Positions 9,034 to 18,905 are shown, numbered from the stretch's first letter. The stretch is DNA of 64,000 bases from Patescibacteria group bacterium (GCA_042568205.1 JBHPJE010000005.1:3267-67266), one strand, 5' to 3'. Notes: generated by a model not told the origin, from the sequence alone. Numbers and translations: made by a program.

Positions 9034-11610
9034 ATGCGTAAAATCACGATTACCCTCATGGCCATCCTGATGATGGCAGTAACTTCCACTCCTGCTCTCG
9101 CCTCGATCGATGAGTGCGAGACTGAAGACTGCGTGCCGGCTATGTCCGACACAGCACTCGAATTCCTGGCCTCCGACGGAACCCTCAAGGGTTCTGTGAC
9201 CTATGGCAGTGGTGCAGGAACTGTCTCCTCTAAAGATGGTTACTCTGTCATCGCGCGTACCAGCAACACAGATGTTGCTGTCGTGAACGTTGCTGGCAAT
9301 GGCACGTATTGCACCCTCAACGTCGGCTCCCCCAAGTACTCCACCGTGCTCAATGGCCATGTCTATGTGGTTAACTCTGGTGGCGACGAGGTGATTGAAG
9401 CAGACATGAACTGCAACAATCGTATCACGATCGCGGTGGGCAACAGTCCGCTTGGCATCACCACGGACGGTGTGTACCTCTACGTGGTGAACCAGCTCGA
9501 TGGAAATCTCACTCGAATCGACCCCGTCACTCACGCAGCTACTCCCCTCGACATCGGCGTAACTCAGCCTTTCGTTGACCAGCTTGCTGCTGTATGCTAC
9601 AACCCTGTAGTAGACGCGCTCTACGTGTCAACGGCCTGGGGCTTCAAGGAAATTCTACTTCCCGGCCTCAGTACCAACGACTGGGTACAGGGAACCTCCA
9701 TGACCGACATCAAGTGCAACGACACGCACGTACTGATCGGAACCAGCATGGCCGGTAACGCTTACCTGGTTCCCGTGGCCAACTTCAGCAACGCCGCTCC
9801 CTTGGGAACCCTCGGCCCCCGATCGGTGGCCCTCGGCCCCAACGACGCCTTTGTTTCACGTGGAACAGTCGACGGCATCGAGAAGTTCAACATGTCCGGC
9901 ACCTCGCAGGGCATGATCGCCTCGACCCTCTACTGGTCCATCAGCTACCTCGCCCCCACGGCTTCCCCTCCGGTCTGCCCCAACGGCACCATGGAAGGCA
10001 CCGAGGAGTGCGACGGCAGCGACTTCGGCATCGAGACCTGCCTGACGCAGAATTTCGACGGCGGCAGCCTCAGCTGTACCGGCACCTGTACGATCGACAC
10101 CTCCGGGTGCACGTATACGTGCGGCAACAACGTGGCTGCTCCGACCGAGGAGTGCGATGGCACGGACCACAAGGGTCAGGACTGTACGACTCTGGGTCTG
10201 GGTTTCACGGGTGGCACGCTTGCGTGCTCCGGCTGTTCGTTCGACACGAGCGGCTGCACCGTGGCTCCTACCTGCAACGACGGCAATGTCGACGCTGGTG
10301 AAGACTGCGACGGAGCGAATCTCGACGGCGCTACTTGTCAGTCCGAGGGCTACTTCGGTGGCACTCTGGCCTGCACCGGCGCCTGCGCGTTCGACTTTTC
10401 CGGCTGCACGAACTGCGGCAACGGCACTGCCGACGCCAGTGAGGACTGCGATGGCGCAGACCTCAACAACAACGAGTGCACGGATCTCGGCTTTGACAGC
10501 GGCACGCTCGCGTGCAACGTATCCTGCACTTTTGACACTGGCAGCTGCGTTCTCAACAGCTGCGGCAACAGTTTGATCGATAACGGCGAGACGTGCGACG
10601 ATGGCAACAACATGAGCAGTGACGGCTGCTCGAACGTTTGCCAAACTGAGCCTGGGTATGAGTGCTCCGGCACCCCCAGCGTCTGCACGCTCATCTGCGG
10701 CAACAACACCGTCGACACTGGTGAAGAGTGTGACGGTGACAATCTCAACGGCGCCACATGCGCTGACTTCGGTGGCGAGGGCAACCTGACCTGTAAGTCG
10801 GACTGTACTCTCGACACCAGCAGCTGCCTGGCGTGCAACGACCCGCAGATCGTGTACGACATCACGATCAACGACATCGATCAGGAACAGCTCAATGGGC
10901 ACAACGCCACGCTGTTCGCCAACAACCTCGGTGATCTCACTGAAGCTGACGGCGACCGCATCACCTGTGGCGACTTCGAAGTCGCAGGCGAGACGGTTCC
11001 GAGCGTGGTCGTGAGCCTGAATCCCGGTGAGTACAAGCTTGTGCGCATCTCGGGCAACGGCTCCACTGCCAACTGCATGGTCTTCACGAAGGCCTCCGAC
11101 GCCAAGTTGTATGTCAACATCTCGGATCCCAAAAAGACCCGACTGGAAGGCAGCGACGACGGATACGGCCTCATCTGCGTTCACGCGGGCGAGGACATGC
11201 AGTTCGAGATCGACGGGCTCCTCCTCGGAACCCTGGGTACGGCCCTGTCGTACCAGTACCTCACGTACAATCCGGAAGCCAAGGTGAATGGCAACTGGGC
11301 CGAAATCTACGTGAGCACTGATGGCGTCAAGCTCATCGAGCTCGAAGATCCCACCAATCGCTCCGGCGATCTCTTCGTGGCCTCCTTCACCAACGGCCCG
11401 AAGTATGTCAACCTCGACGCGAAAGGCGACCTGTCGGAAATCGGCCGCCTGCCCGTCGACCCGCCCGAAGGATGTTGCTCAACCGGCAAAACCGGCGCAA
11501 CTCCCCCCTACATTCCCCTCGGTCTTGTATTCCTCTTCCTTCTGTACGGCCTGTGGCGTTCGCGCCGCCGGTCCCTGCAGATGCAGAGGATCAAGAAGCG
11601 TGATCGCTAG
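9034..11610 (+). CDS. GC-rich surface protein: signal peptide, YVTN-like beta-propeller, myxobacterial-type Cys-rich repeats, MYXO-CTERM-like anchor
   Basis: VGNSPLGITTDG..LYVVN propeller blades; repeated CGNG..E.CDG.DL...TC...GF.GG.L.C...C..DTS.C; CDDGN..S.DGCS; C-terminal GCCST-TM-RSRRR. Confidence 0.88.
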   Translation: MRKITITLMAILMMAVTSTPALASIDECETEDCVPAMSDTALEFLASDGTLKGSVTYGSGAGTVSSKDGYSVIARTSNTDVAVVNVAGNGTYCTLNVGSPKYSTVLNGHVYVVNSGGDEVIEADMNCNNRITIAVGNSPLGITTDGVYLYVVNQLDGNLTRIDPVTHAATPLDIGVTQPFVDQLAAVCYNPVVDALYVSTAWGFKEILLPGLSTNDWVQGTSMTDIKCNDTHVLIGTSMAGNAYLVPVANFSNAAPLGTLGPRSVALGPNDAFVSRGTVDGIEKFNMSGTSQGMIASTLYWSISYLAPTASPPVCPNGTMEGTEECDGSDFGIETCLTQNFDGGSLSCTGTCTIDTSGCTYTCGNNVAAPTEECDGTDHKGQDCTTLGLGFTGGTLACSGCSFDTSGCTVAPTCNDGNVDAGEDCDGANLDGATCQSEGYFGGTLACTGACAFDFSGCTNCGNGTADASEDCDGADLNNNECTDLGFDSGTLACNVSCTFDTGSCVLNSCGNSLIDNGETCDDGNNMSSDGCSNVCQTEPGYECSGTPSVCTLICGNNTVDTGEECDGDNLNGATCADFGGEGNLTCKSDCTLDTSSCLACNDPQIVYDITINDIDQEQLNGHNATLFANNLGDLTEADGDRITCGDFEVAGETVPSVVVSLNPGEYKLVRISGNGSTANCMVFTKASDAKLYVNISDPKKTRLEGSDDGYGLICVHAGEDMQFEIDGLLLGTLGTALSYQYLTYNPEAKVNGNWAEIYVSTDGVKLIELEDPTNRSGDLFVASFTNGPKYVNLDAKGDLSEIGRLPVDPPEGCCSTGKTGATPPYIPLGLVFLFLLYGLWRSRRRSLQMQRIKKRDR

Positions 11611-11651
11611 TCCCCTCCAAGGGTGACTGACGATCCAATCCCACCTTTTAA

Positions 11652-11686
11652 CCCCCGGCCTGCAACATGCAAGCCGGGGGTTTTTT
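11652..11686 (+). terminator. GC hairpin terminator (CCCCCGGC family)
   Basis: CCCCCGGCCTGCAACATGCAAGCCGGGGG-TTTTTT. Confidence 0.9.
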
Positions 11687-11802
11687 CGTATATAAAATTA
11701 CTTAGATTGAATTTTATTCAATTGTTGTTTAAAATAAAACAACACTAAATGCTTTACAAAAACCAACTTAATTATTATTTTAACTTCCTAACCAGAAAAA
11801 TT

Positions 11803-12084
11803 ATGAATATTGCAGACTTCTTAAAAGCTATGAAAAATAGCCAAATCACGGGTGAATTTGACCTAAGTGATCATAAAGATGAATTGATGGACCGCGATTT
11901 TGAGGGAACTACTTTCAAAGATTGCGTAATCACTGGTGGAGACTTTGCTTCATCAGGATTCAATAACTGTACTTTTGAAAACGTGACATTCGATGGGAGT
12001 GCTCTGGTTGGAGTTACTTTCCAAGGATGCACAATGAACAATCTCGCATTTACGCAAACACAAACTGACTTTTCAATAAGTTAG
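11803..12084 (+). CDS. Small pentapeptide-repeat protein
   Basis: RDFEG TTFKD CVITG GDFAS SGFNN CTFEN VTFDG five-residue periodicity; ATG at 11803. Confidence 0.8.
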   Translation: MNIADFLKAMKNSQITGEFDLSDHKDELMDRDFEGTTFKDCVITGGDFASSGFNNCTFENVTFDGSALVGVTFQGCTMNNLAFTQTQTDFSIS

Positions 12085-12102
12085 TTGAAAGGAGAAAACC
12101 GA

Positions 12103-12372
12103 ATGAGTACTTGGACTGGATGGCGCAGTAAGCATGGCTTTCAAGAAAATGTCAAAGATGAGGGGATGTGGATGCATCTCTTGATCGCCCCACCGGACGA
12201 ACCCAATCCACGAGCCAACCATGTTCACGTCAAGATCCTGAAGGTGGTCATGCGTGCCAAGCGCTGGAACTACACCCTCTGCAGTGTGAAAGTGGAAGGG
12301 AACCGCATTCACAGCCGTCGTGACTTCATCCAGCGCATCAACGCCTGCACTGACCTCAATCTCTCCTACTAA
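12103..12372 (+). CDS. GC-rich small basic hypothetical protein, SD-led class
   Basis: SD GAAAGGAG 12087-12094 places the start at ATG 12103; C-ending codons; terminator follows. Confidence 0.7.
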   Translation: MSTWTGWRSKHGFQENVKDEGMWMHLLIAPPDEPNPRANHVHVKILKVVMRAKRWNYTLCSVKVEGNRIHSRRDFIQRINACTDLNLSY

Positions 12373-12414
12373 TTAGCACATACCCTCCTCGGAGCAGTTC
12401 TCGCTTAAAACCAG

Positions 12415-12449
12415 CCCCCGGCTTGCAACATGCAGGTCGGGGGTTTTTT
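12415..12449 (+). terminator. GC hairpin terminator (CCCCCGGC family)
   Basis: CCCCCGGCTTGCAACATGCAGGTCGGGGG-TTTTTT, near-identical to 11652-11686. Confidence 0.9.
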
Positions 12450-12460
12450 CATATCCCGAC

Positions 12461-12489
12461 GAAAGGACTTTCCTGAGGAAAGTCCTTTC
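12461..12489. repeat. Perfect 14-bp inverted repeat
   Basis: GAAAGGACTTTCCT-g-AGGAAAGTCCTTTC. Confidence 0.8.
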
Positions 12490-12533
12490 CCCACCCTCTT
12501 CCCAAACCCCAAAAATCATGGTATAATAATACA

Positions 12534-14477
12534 ATGCAAAAAATATACAAAAAAATCGCTATAAGCCTCGCAATTGGCGCCCTAGCAGCAATCATAGCTA
12601 TCGCGCTATCTATTGTAAATCCTTTAAATAATTGGCATTTAAAACTCGCTGACTCACTTTATACTCAACAAAATCCTTCTGATCAAATTGTAATAATTGC
12701 TATTGATGAAAAGTCTATTTCAAGCGAAGAACTCGGACGCTTTTATGATTGGCCGCGAACAAATCATGTTCAAGTTCTCGATAATCTTCAAAATACAAAG
12801 GCTATTGGAATCGATCTTTTTTTCACTGAGGAACAAGAGACCATAACGCGCCAAGAACTTTTAAAAACACAAAATCTTGAAATTTATGATCCTTTTCTTT
12901 CTCATCCAAATGATCTAAAACTCGCAGAAGCTCTAAATGATAAAACTACAATTGCGCGAATTGAACAGGATCCAAACTTGAAAATATTTGAAGAGAAAGC
13001 CAATATCGGCACCGTGAATATAGCTGCTGATGCAGATGGAATTGTAAGACGCATGAATCCAAAAGACTCATTCGCCTCGGTTATCAGCGGTGTGAATCCA
13101 CCTCAAGAAGAAATGCTTATCAATTATTTTGGGGATCCGAATTCATATAAAAGGATCTCTTATTCTGATGTTTATAATGGAAATCACGACCCGCAAGAGC
13201 TCCAGGACAAAATCGCTTTAATCGGCATAACAACGCCAAAAGTAGCACAAGACCACAAGCCAACTCCAAAAAATACAGCTCAACCAATGCCAGGAATTGA
13301 AATTCATGCGAATGCAATTCAAACGATGATGGACGGAGAATACATTGAAAATCAGTCAACAACTTCACAAATTGCAATCATAGTCGCTATCTCATTAATA
13401 CTCGCTTTAGCCCTGTCCTTCTTAAATATCTGGATCGGAATCGGAGTAACGGTTGCAGTCTCGACAATTTATTATGGATCCGCTCACCTCGCATATAATA
13501 ATGGATTAATCCTTAATTTGATCTACCCATTTATAGCAATCGCACTTACTTATTTTGGAGTAATTTTGTACAGATATTTTGCAGAATTACGCGAGAAAAA
13601 GTACGTAAAAGGCGCATTTGGACGGTATTTAAGTCCATCAGTAATGTCGTCAGTTTTGGACAATCCAGAACATTTACATTTAGGAGGGACCAAGCGAGAA
13701 GTCACTGTTTTCTTCACAGATATTAAAGGCTTCACAACAATCTCAGAACAATTTGAACCAGAAATTTTGATAGGAATAGTGAACGAATATCTAACTGCAA
13801 TGACCGACATAGTTATGCAAAACGAAGGCACTTTGGACAAATATGTAGGAGACGCGATTGTGGCTTATTTCGGCGCTCCAATCGACCAACCAGACCATGC
13901 AAAACGCGCTTGCGAAACAGCCCTACAAATGAGAGAAAAACTAGCAGAATTAAATACAAAATGGAAAACAGAAGGAAAGCCTGAACTCGACTTCAGAGTC
14001 GGAATCAATACAGGACAAGTAATCGTCGGTAACGTTGGATCAGAAAAAAGATTCGACTATACAATAATGGGCGACGAAGTAAATTTAGGATCAAGATTAG
14101 AAGGCGCAAATAAAAAATACTCGACCAACATTATGATTTCAGAATCAACTCGCATGGTTGTCGGAAATGGCTACGACATGCGGGAATTAGACATTTTGAA
14201 AGTTAAAGGAAAACAAAAACCAGTGCGAGTTTTTGAATTAATGGCAAGGCCAGGAATGCTTAGCGAAATCGGCCGAAATCTAATGGCTCCATATAATAAA
14301 GGTCTGGAGCTATACCGCGCGCGAAAATTTGACCTTGCAGTCGGCGAATTCGATAAAGCTCTACGAATTTACGCAGAAGACGGCCCTTCTAAAATATACA
14401 AACAACGCTGCGAAGTACTGCGAGATTACCCTCCGCACGATGATTGGGATGGCGTGTTTGAGATGCATACGAAATAG
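12534..14477 (+). CDS. CHASE2-domain class III adenylate cyclase with C-terminal TPR-like region
   Basis: IVIIAIDE, WPR, DADGIVRR, MPGIEIHANAI (CHASE2); 3 TM; FFTDIKGFT, DKYVGD, GDEVNLGSRLE. TATAAT lies 6 nt before the ATG, so probably leaderless. Confidence 0.93.
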   Translation: MQKIYKKIAISLAIGALAAIIAIALSIVNPLNNWHLKLADSLYTQQNPSDQIVIIAIDEKSISSEELGRFYDWPRTNHVQVLDNLQNTKAIGIDLFFTEEQETITRQELLKTQNLEIYDPFLSHPNDLKLAEALNDKTTIARIEQDPNLKIFEEKANIGTVNIAADADGIVRRMNPKDSFASVISGVNPPQEEMLINYFGDPNSYKRISYSDVYNGNHDPQELQDKIALIGITTPKVAQDHKPTPKNTAQPMPGIEIHANAIQTMMDGEYIENQSTTSQIAIIVAISLILALALSFLNIWIGIGVTVAVSTIYYGSAHLAYNNGLILNLIYPFIAIALTYFGVILYRYFAELREKKYVKGAFGRYLSPSVMSSVLDNPEHLHLGGTKREVTVFFTDIKGFTTISEQFEPEILIGIVNEYLTAMTDIVMQNEGTLDKYVGDAIVAYFGAPIDQPDHAKRACETALQMREKLAELNTKWKTEGKPELDFRVGINTGQVIVGNVGSEKRFDYTIMGDEVNLGSRLEGANKKYSTNIMISESTRMVVGNGYDMRELDILKVKGKQKPVRVFELMARPGMLSEIGRNLMAPYNKGLELYRARKFDLAVGEFDKALRIYAEDGPSKIYKQRCEVLRDYPPHDDWDGVFEMHTK

Positions 14478-14478
14478 C

Positions 14479-14608
14479 TTGACTTTTTATCTAAAATATG
14501 TCACAATTCACCTCTTGATAGGCTCTTTGGCAAATCAGGGTTATATTACCCTGGAACGGAAACACACACCCTTATTAGCGCATTAGGACGCGCCAAAACG
14601 AGGATACG
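14479..14608 (+). promoter_or_regulatory. Promoter plus leader with boxA-like motif
   Basis: TTGACT-17-CACAAT (extended TG); GGCTCTTTGGCAAAT 14521-14535; CAGGGT/ACCCTG hairpin; GAGGA 14600-14604. Confidence 0.65.
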
Positions 14609-15634
14609 ATGAAAACCATGAAGATGATCGCAGTGCTGTTCTTGCTTGTTTCTGTCGGCTGCGGATCGCGCAGCGTCGGTCACAACAACAACGTGAACGA
14701 CAATAACACCAACGAGAACACGAACGTCAACGACAACACTAACGTCAACACCAACACCGGCCCCGAGTGCCTCACCTTCCGCATCATGGTCAATGACACA
14801 GTGGAGGAAGAGCTCGAGTATGAGCAAGACTTCACTCGTCCCTGTCTGCTCGACTACCTGGACGTCGAAATCAGCCCCGAATGGCACCGTCTGTGTCACA
14901 ACATGATGATCCTGGCTGACATCAGAGCCCCGCAAGAAGGCTACCCCGACGGCACGCTCAAGCCGGACGAATGCATGCTTAAGGCTGAGGTCTGGCACAT
15001 GCAACTCCGTACCCTCGGCCTCATCATGTTCCCACAAGGTGCACCTGGTGACGACGTGGACCAGAGCGACTGGTACGCCGGCGCCATCGGCAACTTCGCC
15101 CGCAAAGGCTTCATCACGCCCGATGATGACAACATGGTCTACCCCGCCGACATCATGACCCTGGAGGAATGGAACGTCTGGAAATCGCATATGATCGCCT
15201 GGCTCAACATGGGCCTCATCCGCATCGACTTTCTGGAAGTCCTGCTGACCTCCCTGCTGAGCGGACCCACCTACGACGTGCTCGACTGCGTCAGTGAGGA
15301 ATTCGACGACATCGAAACGAACTCATTCGAGTGCGTGCTCACCAACACCGCTATTGACTACGGTCTAATTGACGGCTACCAGATGAGCTTCCGACCCCTC
15401 GACTCACTCAACTGGGCTGAGATGGTGAAGATGTCGATGCAAGCGAAGAACATCCCCGACTCCGAAAACTTCACCTGCTGGAATCACTGCGACGAAGGCG
15501 AATGGTACTGCGGATCGATTAACGCAGCCTGCGAACTAGGCCTGCTTCCTCCCGGCCTCACCAACGCTGGCGACATCCCCACCCGCCTCGAAGCGTTCAG
15601 GTTCCTCCAGCTGATGGAGATGCTGAACCTCTAG
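14609..15634 (+). CDS. GC-rich lipoprotein with Asn-rich linker and degenerate SLH-like repeats
   Basis: Lipobox VSVG|C; NNNVNDNNTNENTN linker; WY..AI....KGFI, GLIDGY..SFRP...LN.AE..KM and WY...INAA.ELGL....TRLEA motifs. Confidence 0.78.
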   Translation: MKTMKMIAVLFLLVSVGCGSRSVGHNNNVNDNNTNENTNVNDNTNVNTNTGPECLTFRIMVNDTVEEELEYEQDFTRPCLLDYLDVEISPEWHRLCHNMMILADIRAPQEGYPDGTLKPDECMLKAEVWHMQLRTLGLIMFPQGAPGDDVDQSDWYAGAIGNFARKGFITPDDDNMVYPADIMTLEEWNVWKSHMIAWLNMGLIRIDFLEVLLTSLLSGPTYDVLDCVSEEFDDIETNSFECVLTNTAIDYGLIDGYQMSFRPLDSLNWAEMVKMSMQAKNIPDSENFTCWNHCDEGEWYCGSINAACELGLLPPGLTNAGDIPTRLEAFRFLQLMEMLNL

Positions 15635-15690
15635 CGCGAAGCGCCCCCCTGTGTTTCCCTCCTATAACACCTGTCTGCCTCCCTACCAAA

Positions 15691-15726
15691 AAAGACCCGC
15701 CATCAGAAATGATCGGCGGGCTCTTC
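15691..15726. terminator. Hairpin terminator between convergent genes
   Basis: AGACCCGCCATCA-gaaa-TGATCGGCGGGCTCT. Confidence 0.7.
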
Positions 15727-15739
15727 AATATATATTAAT

Positions 15740-16297
15740 CTAAGCTCTTTCCACGTAATCCCCAGTATCTGTATTCACTCGCACTTTTTCACCTTCAGCT
15801 ATAAATAAGGGTACTTGAATCACTTTTCCAGAATCCAAAGTTGCAGCCTTTTTTCCACCACTAACTGTATCCCCTTTAACTCCAGGTGTTGTTTCAACAA
15901 CTTCAAACACCATTTTTGGAGGTAATTCGATTGAAATCATAGTTCCTTCAAAAAACACACCATCAACTGTTGATCCATCTAACAAATACTCAACCGAGCC
16001 CTCAATAACGTCTAAAGCAACCTCGAATTGCTCGTATGTTGATTCATCCATAAAAAAGGCTGCAGAGTCGTCTTTGTATAAATATTGAACCTTGCCGCGA
16101 TTAACCTGCGCTATTTCAAAATTTTCACCAGATAAGAAAGTTTTATCTAAAGTTGCACCTGTTTTAACGTTCTTTAATTTCGACTTCATAACCGGCTTTT
16201 GGGCTTCTTTTCGCTTAAATTCGCTCCAGGTAATAATATAAGGATCACCATTTAATTTAACAATTCGGCCTTTTGTAAGATCAGTAAGATTTCCCAT
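15740..16297 (-). CDS. efp: Elongation factor P
   Basis: G.IVKLNGDPY, KLKNVKTG, QYLYKD, FMD..TYEQ, PGVKGDT, VPLFI..GE..RVNT..G.YVERA; true start MGNLTDL at 16297. Confidence 0.95.
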   Translation of the reverse strand: MGNLTDLTKGRIVKLNGDPYIITWSEFKRKEAQKPVMKSKLKNVKTGATLDKTFLSGENFEIAQVNRGKVQYLYKDDSAAFFMDESTYEQFEVALDVIEGSVEYLLDGSTVDGVFFEGTMISIELPPKMVFEVVETTPGVKGDTVSGGKKAATLDSGKVIQVPLFIAEGEKVRVNTDTGDYVERA

Positions 16298-16567
16298 GAT
16301 TTGATAGTTAATTGCATGGGAAATATATAGAAATAAGCGGAAAAATGCAAATTTGCCCCAGGTATGGCAGGCATAACTGTTTACCACGCAATAACAGTTA
16401 CGATAAATATTACAACACAAACCGCACAACGCTGCAACATATAGAGGTAATGGAAATTAAGCATTTGCCTTGTAAGAGATGAATAGACAGAATGACCCTT
16501 GACAAGTTGGTAGAAATTTGTTATAAATAGTACCTTTTTGTATAAACGCAAACTAAGGCCAGTATTT

Positions 16568-17146
16568 ATGACAAATGCACAAGACCTAGAACAAGAAAAA
16601 CGTCTTATTGAGGCGGCACAGCAGGATCCCGATGGGTTCCTGGATCTGTATGACAAATATTTCGACCAAATATATAGATATATCTATAGAAGAGTTGGTG
16701 GAGATAAAGACGTCGCACATGATATTGGCAGCCAAACTTTCCTTGATGCACTTGAAAACATCAAATCTTTTACGTTTCAAGGCTATCCTTTCTCTTCATG
16801 GCTATATAAAATCGCACATAATAATGTAATTAAGTGGTATCGAAAGACTAATAAACGTCAACATGTACCTTTAGACGAAGCATATAATCTAAGTGACAAA
16901 ACTCAAGATACAAAAGGCGAAATGGAAGGTGTACTAGCACAGGAACAAATTAATGAAATGATGCAGAAACTGGACATGGAAGAACAAGAAATTTTGAGAC
17001 TAAAATTCTTTGAAGGACTATCTAACATAGAGATCGCGGATATTATGGGATTATCCGTTTCAAATATTGGTGTGAAAGTATTTAGAACTCTCAAGAAAGC
17101 AAAAGGTCTTCTCCCAACTAAACATGATTTAAAACAATTTAATTAA
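16568..17146 (+). CDS. ECF (sigma70 group 4) RNA polymerase sigma factor
   Basis: LYDKY..IYRY, FSSWLYKIAHN, EGLSNIEIADIMG. Confidence 0.92.
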   Translation: MTNAQDLEQEKRLIEAAQQDPDGFLDLYDKYFDQIYRYIYRRVGGDKDVAHDIGSQTFLDALENIKSFTFQGYPFSSWLYKIAHNNVIKWYRKTNKRQHVPLDEAYNLSDKTQDTKGEMEGVLAQEQINEMMQKLDMEEQEILRLKFFEGLSNIEIADIMGLSVSNIGVKVFRTLKKAKGLLPTKHDLKQFN

Positions 17147-17147
17147 T

Positions 17148-18287
17148 ATGGATAAAAACTACTTTAGCGACATAACGGAACTGTTCATTAAAGCGAAAAA
17201 GGCTGAAAATATTGATGTGAATCCTCACAGCAAAGCAGCAATTCGTGAAATGCTCGCGTACAAAGTTGATGAAATAAAATCTGCTGAAGAAGCACCTGAA
17301 AAAGGATTCTTCTCTAAGTGGAAATTCCAACTTGTAGGTGTTCCTGCATCAGTATTTGCTGTATTTATGGTAGTTTTTGCTTTCCAAAATCTTCAAATCA
17401 CAATGCCAAAAGAAGATTTTGCTCCAACAACAGCTTCTGAGGTTGCTACTTCAGAATCTATTTTTGGTGAAACAGAATTAACTGAAGATGTGGATACTCC
17501 TGTAATTGAAGATCTCCCAACTGAAGTTAAAGAATCTAAACCAAAACCTGAACTTTTAGTTATTAATTATGGAGAAACAACTAAAACTGGAGGCGGATAT
17601 GTACCTCCTTCATATACTCAACCTGTTGTTCAACCAGTTGAAACAACAGTTGAATCAGCGGTTGAGCCAGTGCCTACTCATAAACCTTATGTAGCTCCAG
17701 TTTCAACTCCAACATATATTGCACCTGATAAACAAACGGAGGAAAAGGAAACAACAACTAAACCTGGAGTATCAACAGGTGGCGCATTCTCTGTATACAC
17801 TCCAACTGAATCAAATGATACATACACTCCACCTGCAACAGAATATACAGCTCCACAAACTGCACCTACTTTTGATATTTACACACCAACAACTGAAAAT
17901 GGATATACAATGATAAGCGATGACTCATTAGACTTAGGCGAAATTCCTAGAATCCCGCTTCCTGAAGTTGATATTCCACAATACGATTTTAATCCAAATG
18001 ATGTAAATAGTATGATGGATGGAAATATTCCTTTACCTAAAACAAATGCTCCAGAAGAAGGAGGCACTGTTAATGAATTTAGAAATCCTTTTAATCCTCT
18101 TGTTCATACATTTGATGCAGAGGCTTTGAATACAATTGAAAAACCTGATACTCTGGACAACGTAAATGTTCACTATTTAAATAGAGATCAAGCAGCAGTT
18201 GAAGTTAATGATGATGATGGGTCAACGAGATGGTATATGTTTGAAGATAGAGGTGGAAGCTGGACAGTTACGCAGAAATTCGATTAA
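17148..18287 (+). CDS. Single-TM protein with Pro/Thr-rich extracellular region, putative anti-sigma factor
   Basis: Starts 1 nt after the ECF stop; short cytoplasmic N-terminus, one TM, P/T/E-rich stalk. Confidence 0.65.
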   Translation: MDKNYFSDITELFIKAKKAENIDVNPHSKAAIREMLAYKVDEIKSAEEAPEKGFFSKWKFQLVGVPASVFAVFMVVFAFQNLQITMPKEDFAPTTASEVATSESIFGETELTEDVDTPVIEDLPTEVKESKPKPELLVINYGETTKTGGGYVPPSYTQPVVQPVETTVESAVEPVPTHKPYVAPVSTPTYIAPDKQTEEKETTTKPGVSTGGAFSVYTPTESNDTYTPPATEYTAPQTAPTFDIYTPTTENGYTMISDDSLDLGEIPRIPLPEVDIPQYDFNPNDVNSMMDGNIPLPKTNAPEEGGTVNEFRNPFNPLVHTFDAEALNTIEKPDTLDNVNVHYLNRDQAAVEVNDDDGSTRWYMFEDRGGSWTVTQKFD

Positions 18288-18296
18288 ACTCAGGTG

Positions 18297-18905
18297 ATGC
18301 AAAAACTGTTAATTGCAACTACAAACATAGGCAAATTTGGTGAGATCAAGGAAGTTATAGGCGACCTTGATTTTGAGTTATATCATCTACATTTTGAGGA
18401 TTTTGCTAAGGAGATGGAAGCAGATGATTTTGACGAAACCGGCGATACTTTTGAAGAAAACGCTGAACAAAAAGCAGTGCATTATCATGAGCTTTTTGGT
18501 ATACCAACTATTGGTGAGGATTCAGGAATTATTGTGGATGCTTTAAAGGGCGAACTTGGAGTTAAAACACGAAGATGGGGCGCAGGAGCTGAAGCAAGCG
18601 ATGAAGAATGGATCGAGCATTTTATGAAAGTTATGGAAGGGAAAGAAGTGCGAACTGCACGGTTTGTTTGCTGCGCAGCATTTATTGATGGACCAGCTGA
18701 AGTTGTGATGTTTAGAGGAGAGACCGAAGGAGAAATCACACACAAATTAGAAGCACCTTTGATGCCAGGGATCCCTTTAAGTTCATGTTTTAGGCCAAAA
18801 GGATGCGACAAAGTATATTCAGCCTTAAGTGAAGCTGAAAAAAATCAACTAAGTCATAGAGGAAAAGCTTTTCATGAATTAAAAAACCTCCTCATAAACC
18901 TTTAA
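18297..18905 (+). CDS. rdgB: Non-canonical purine NTP pyrophosphatase (Ham1/RdgB)
   Basis: ATTNIGKFGE, ETGDTFEENA..KA, EDSG..VDAL.G..GV, EKNQLSHRGKA. Confidence 0.93.
   Translation: MQKLLIATTNIGKFGEIKEVIGDLDFELYHLHFEDFAKEMEADDFDETGDTFEENAEQKAVHYHELFGIPTIGEDSGIIVDALKGELGVKTRRWGAGAEASDEEWIEHFMKVMEGKEVRTARFVCCAAFIDGPAEVVMFRGETEGEITHKLEAPLMPGIPLSSCFRPKGCDKVYSALSEAEKNQLSHRGKAFHELKNLLINL

Noticed and set aside
9856-11184. Long antisense ORFs (also 8947..9534, 14546..15190, 44359..45552)
   Set aside because: Shadow frames expected opposite genes with C-ending codons; no motifs or expression signals.
4798-12449. Integron cassettes with attC sites
   Set aside because: The hairpins lack RYYYAAC/GTTRRRY boxes and have U tracts; the genes are dispersed, mostly with their own promoters; no integrase is present.
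16298-16429. N-terminal extensions in the ORF track for efp (also pheS, nadE and the thioredoxin lipoprotein)
   Set aside because: Upstream in-frame starts add non-homologous sequence; family alignment supports the downstream ATGs.
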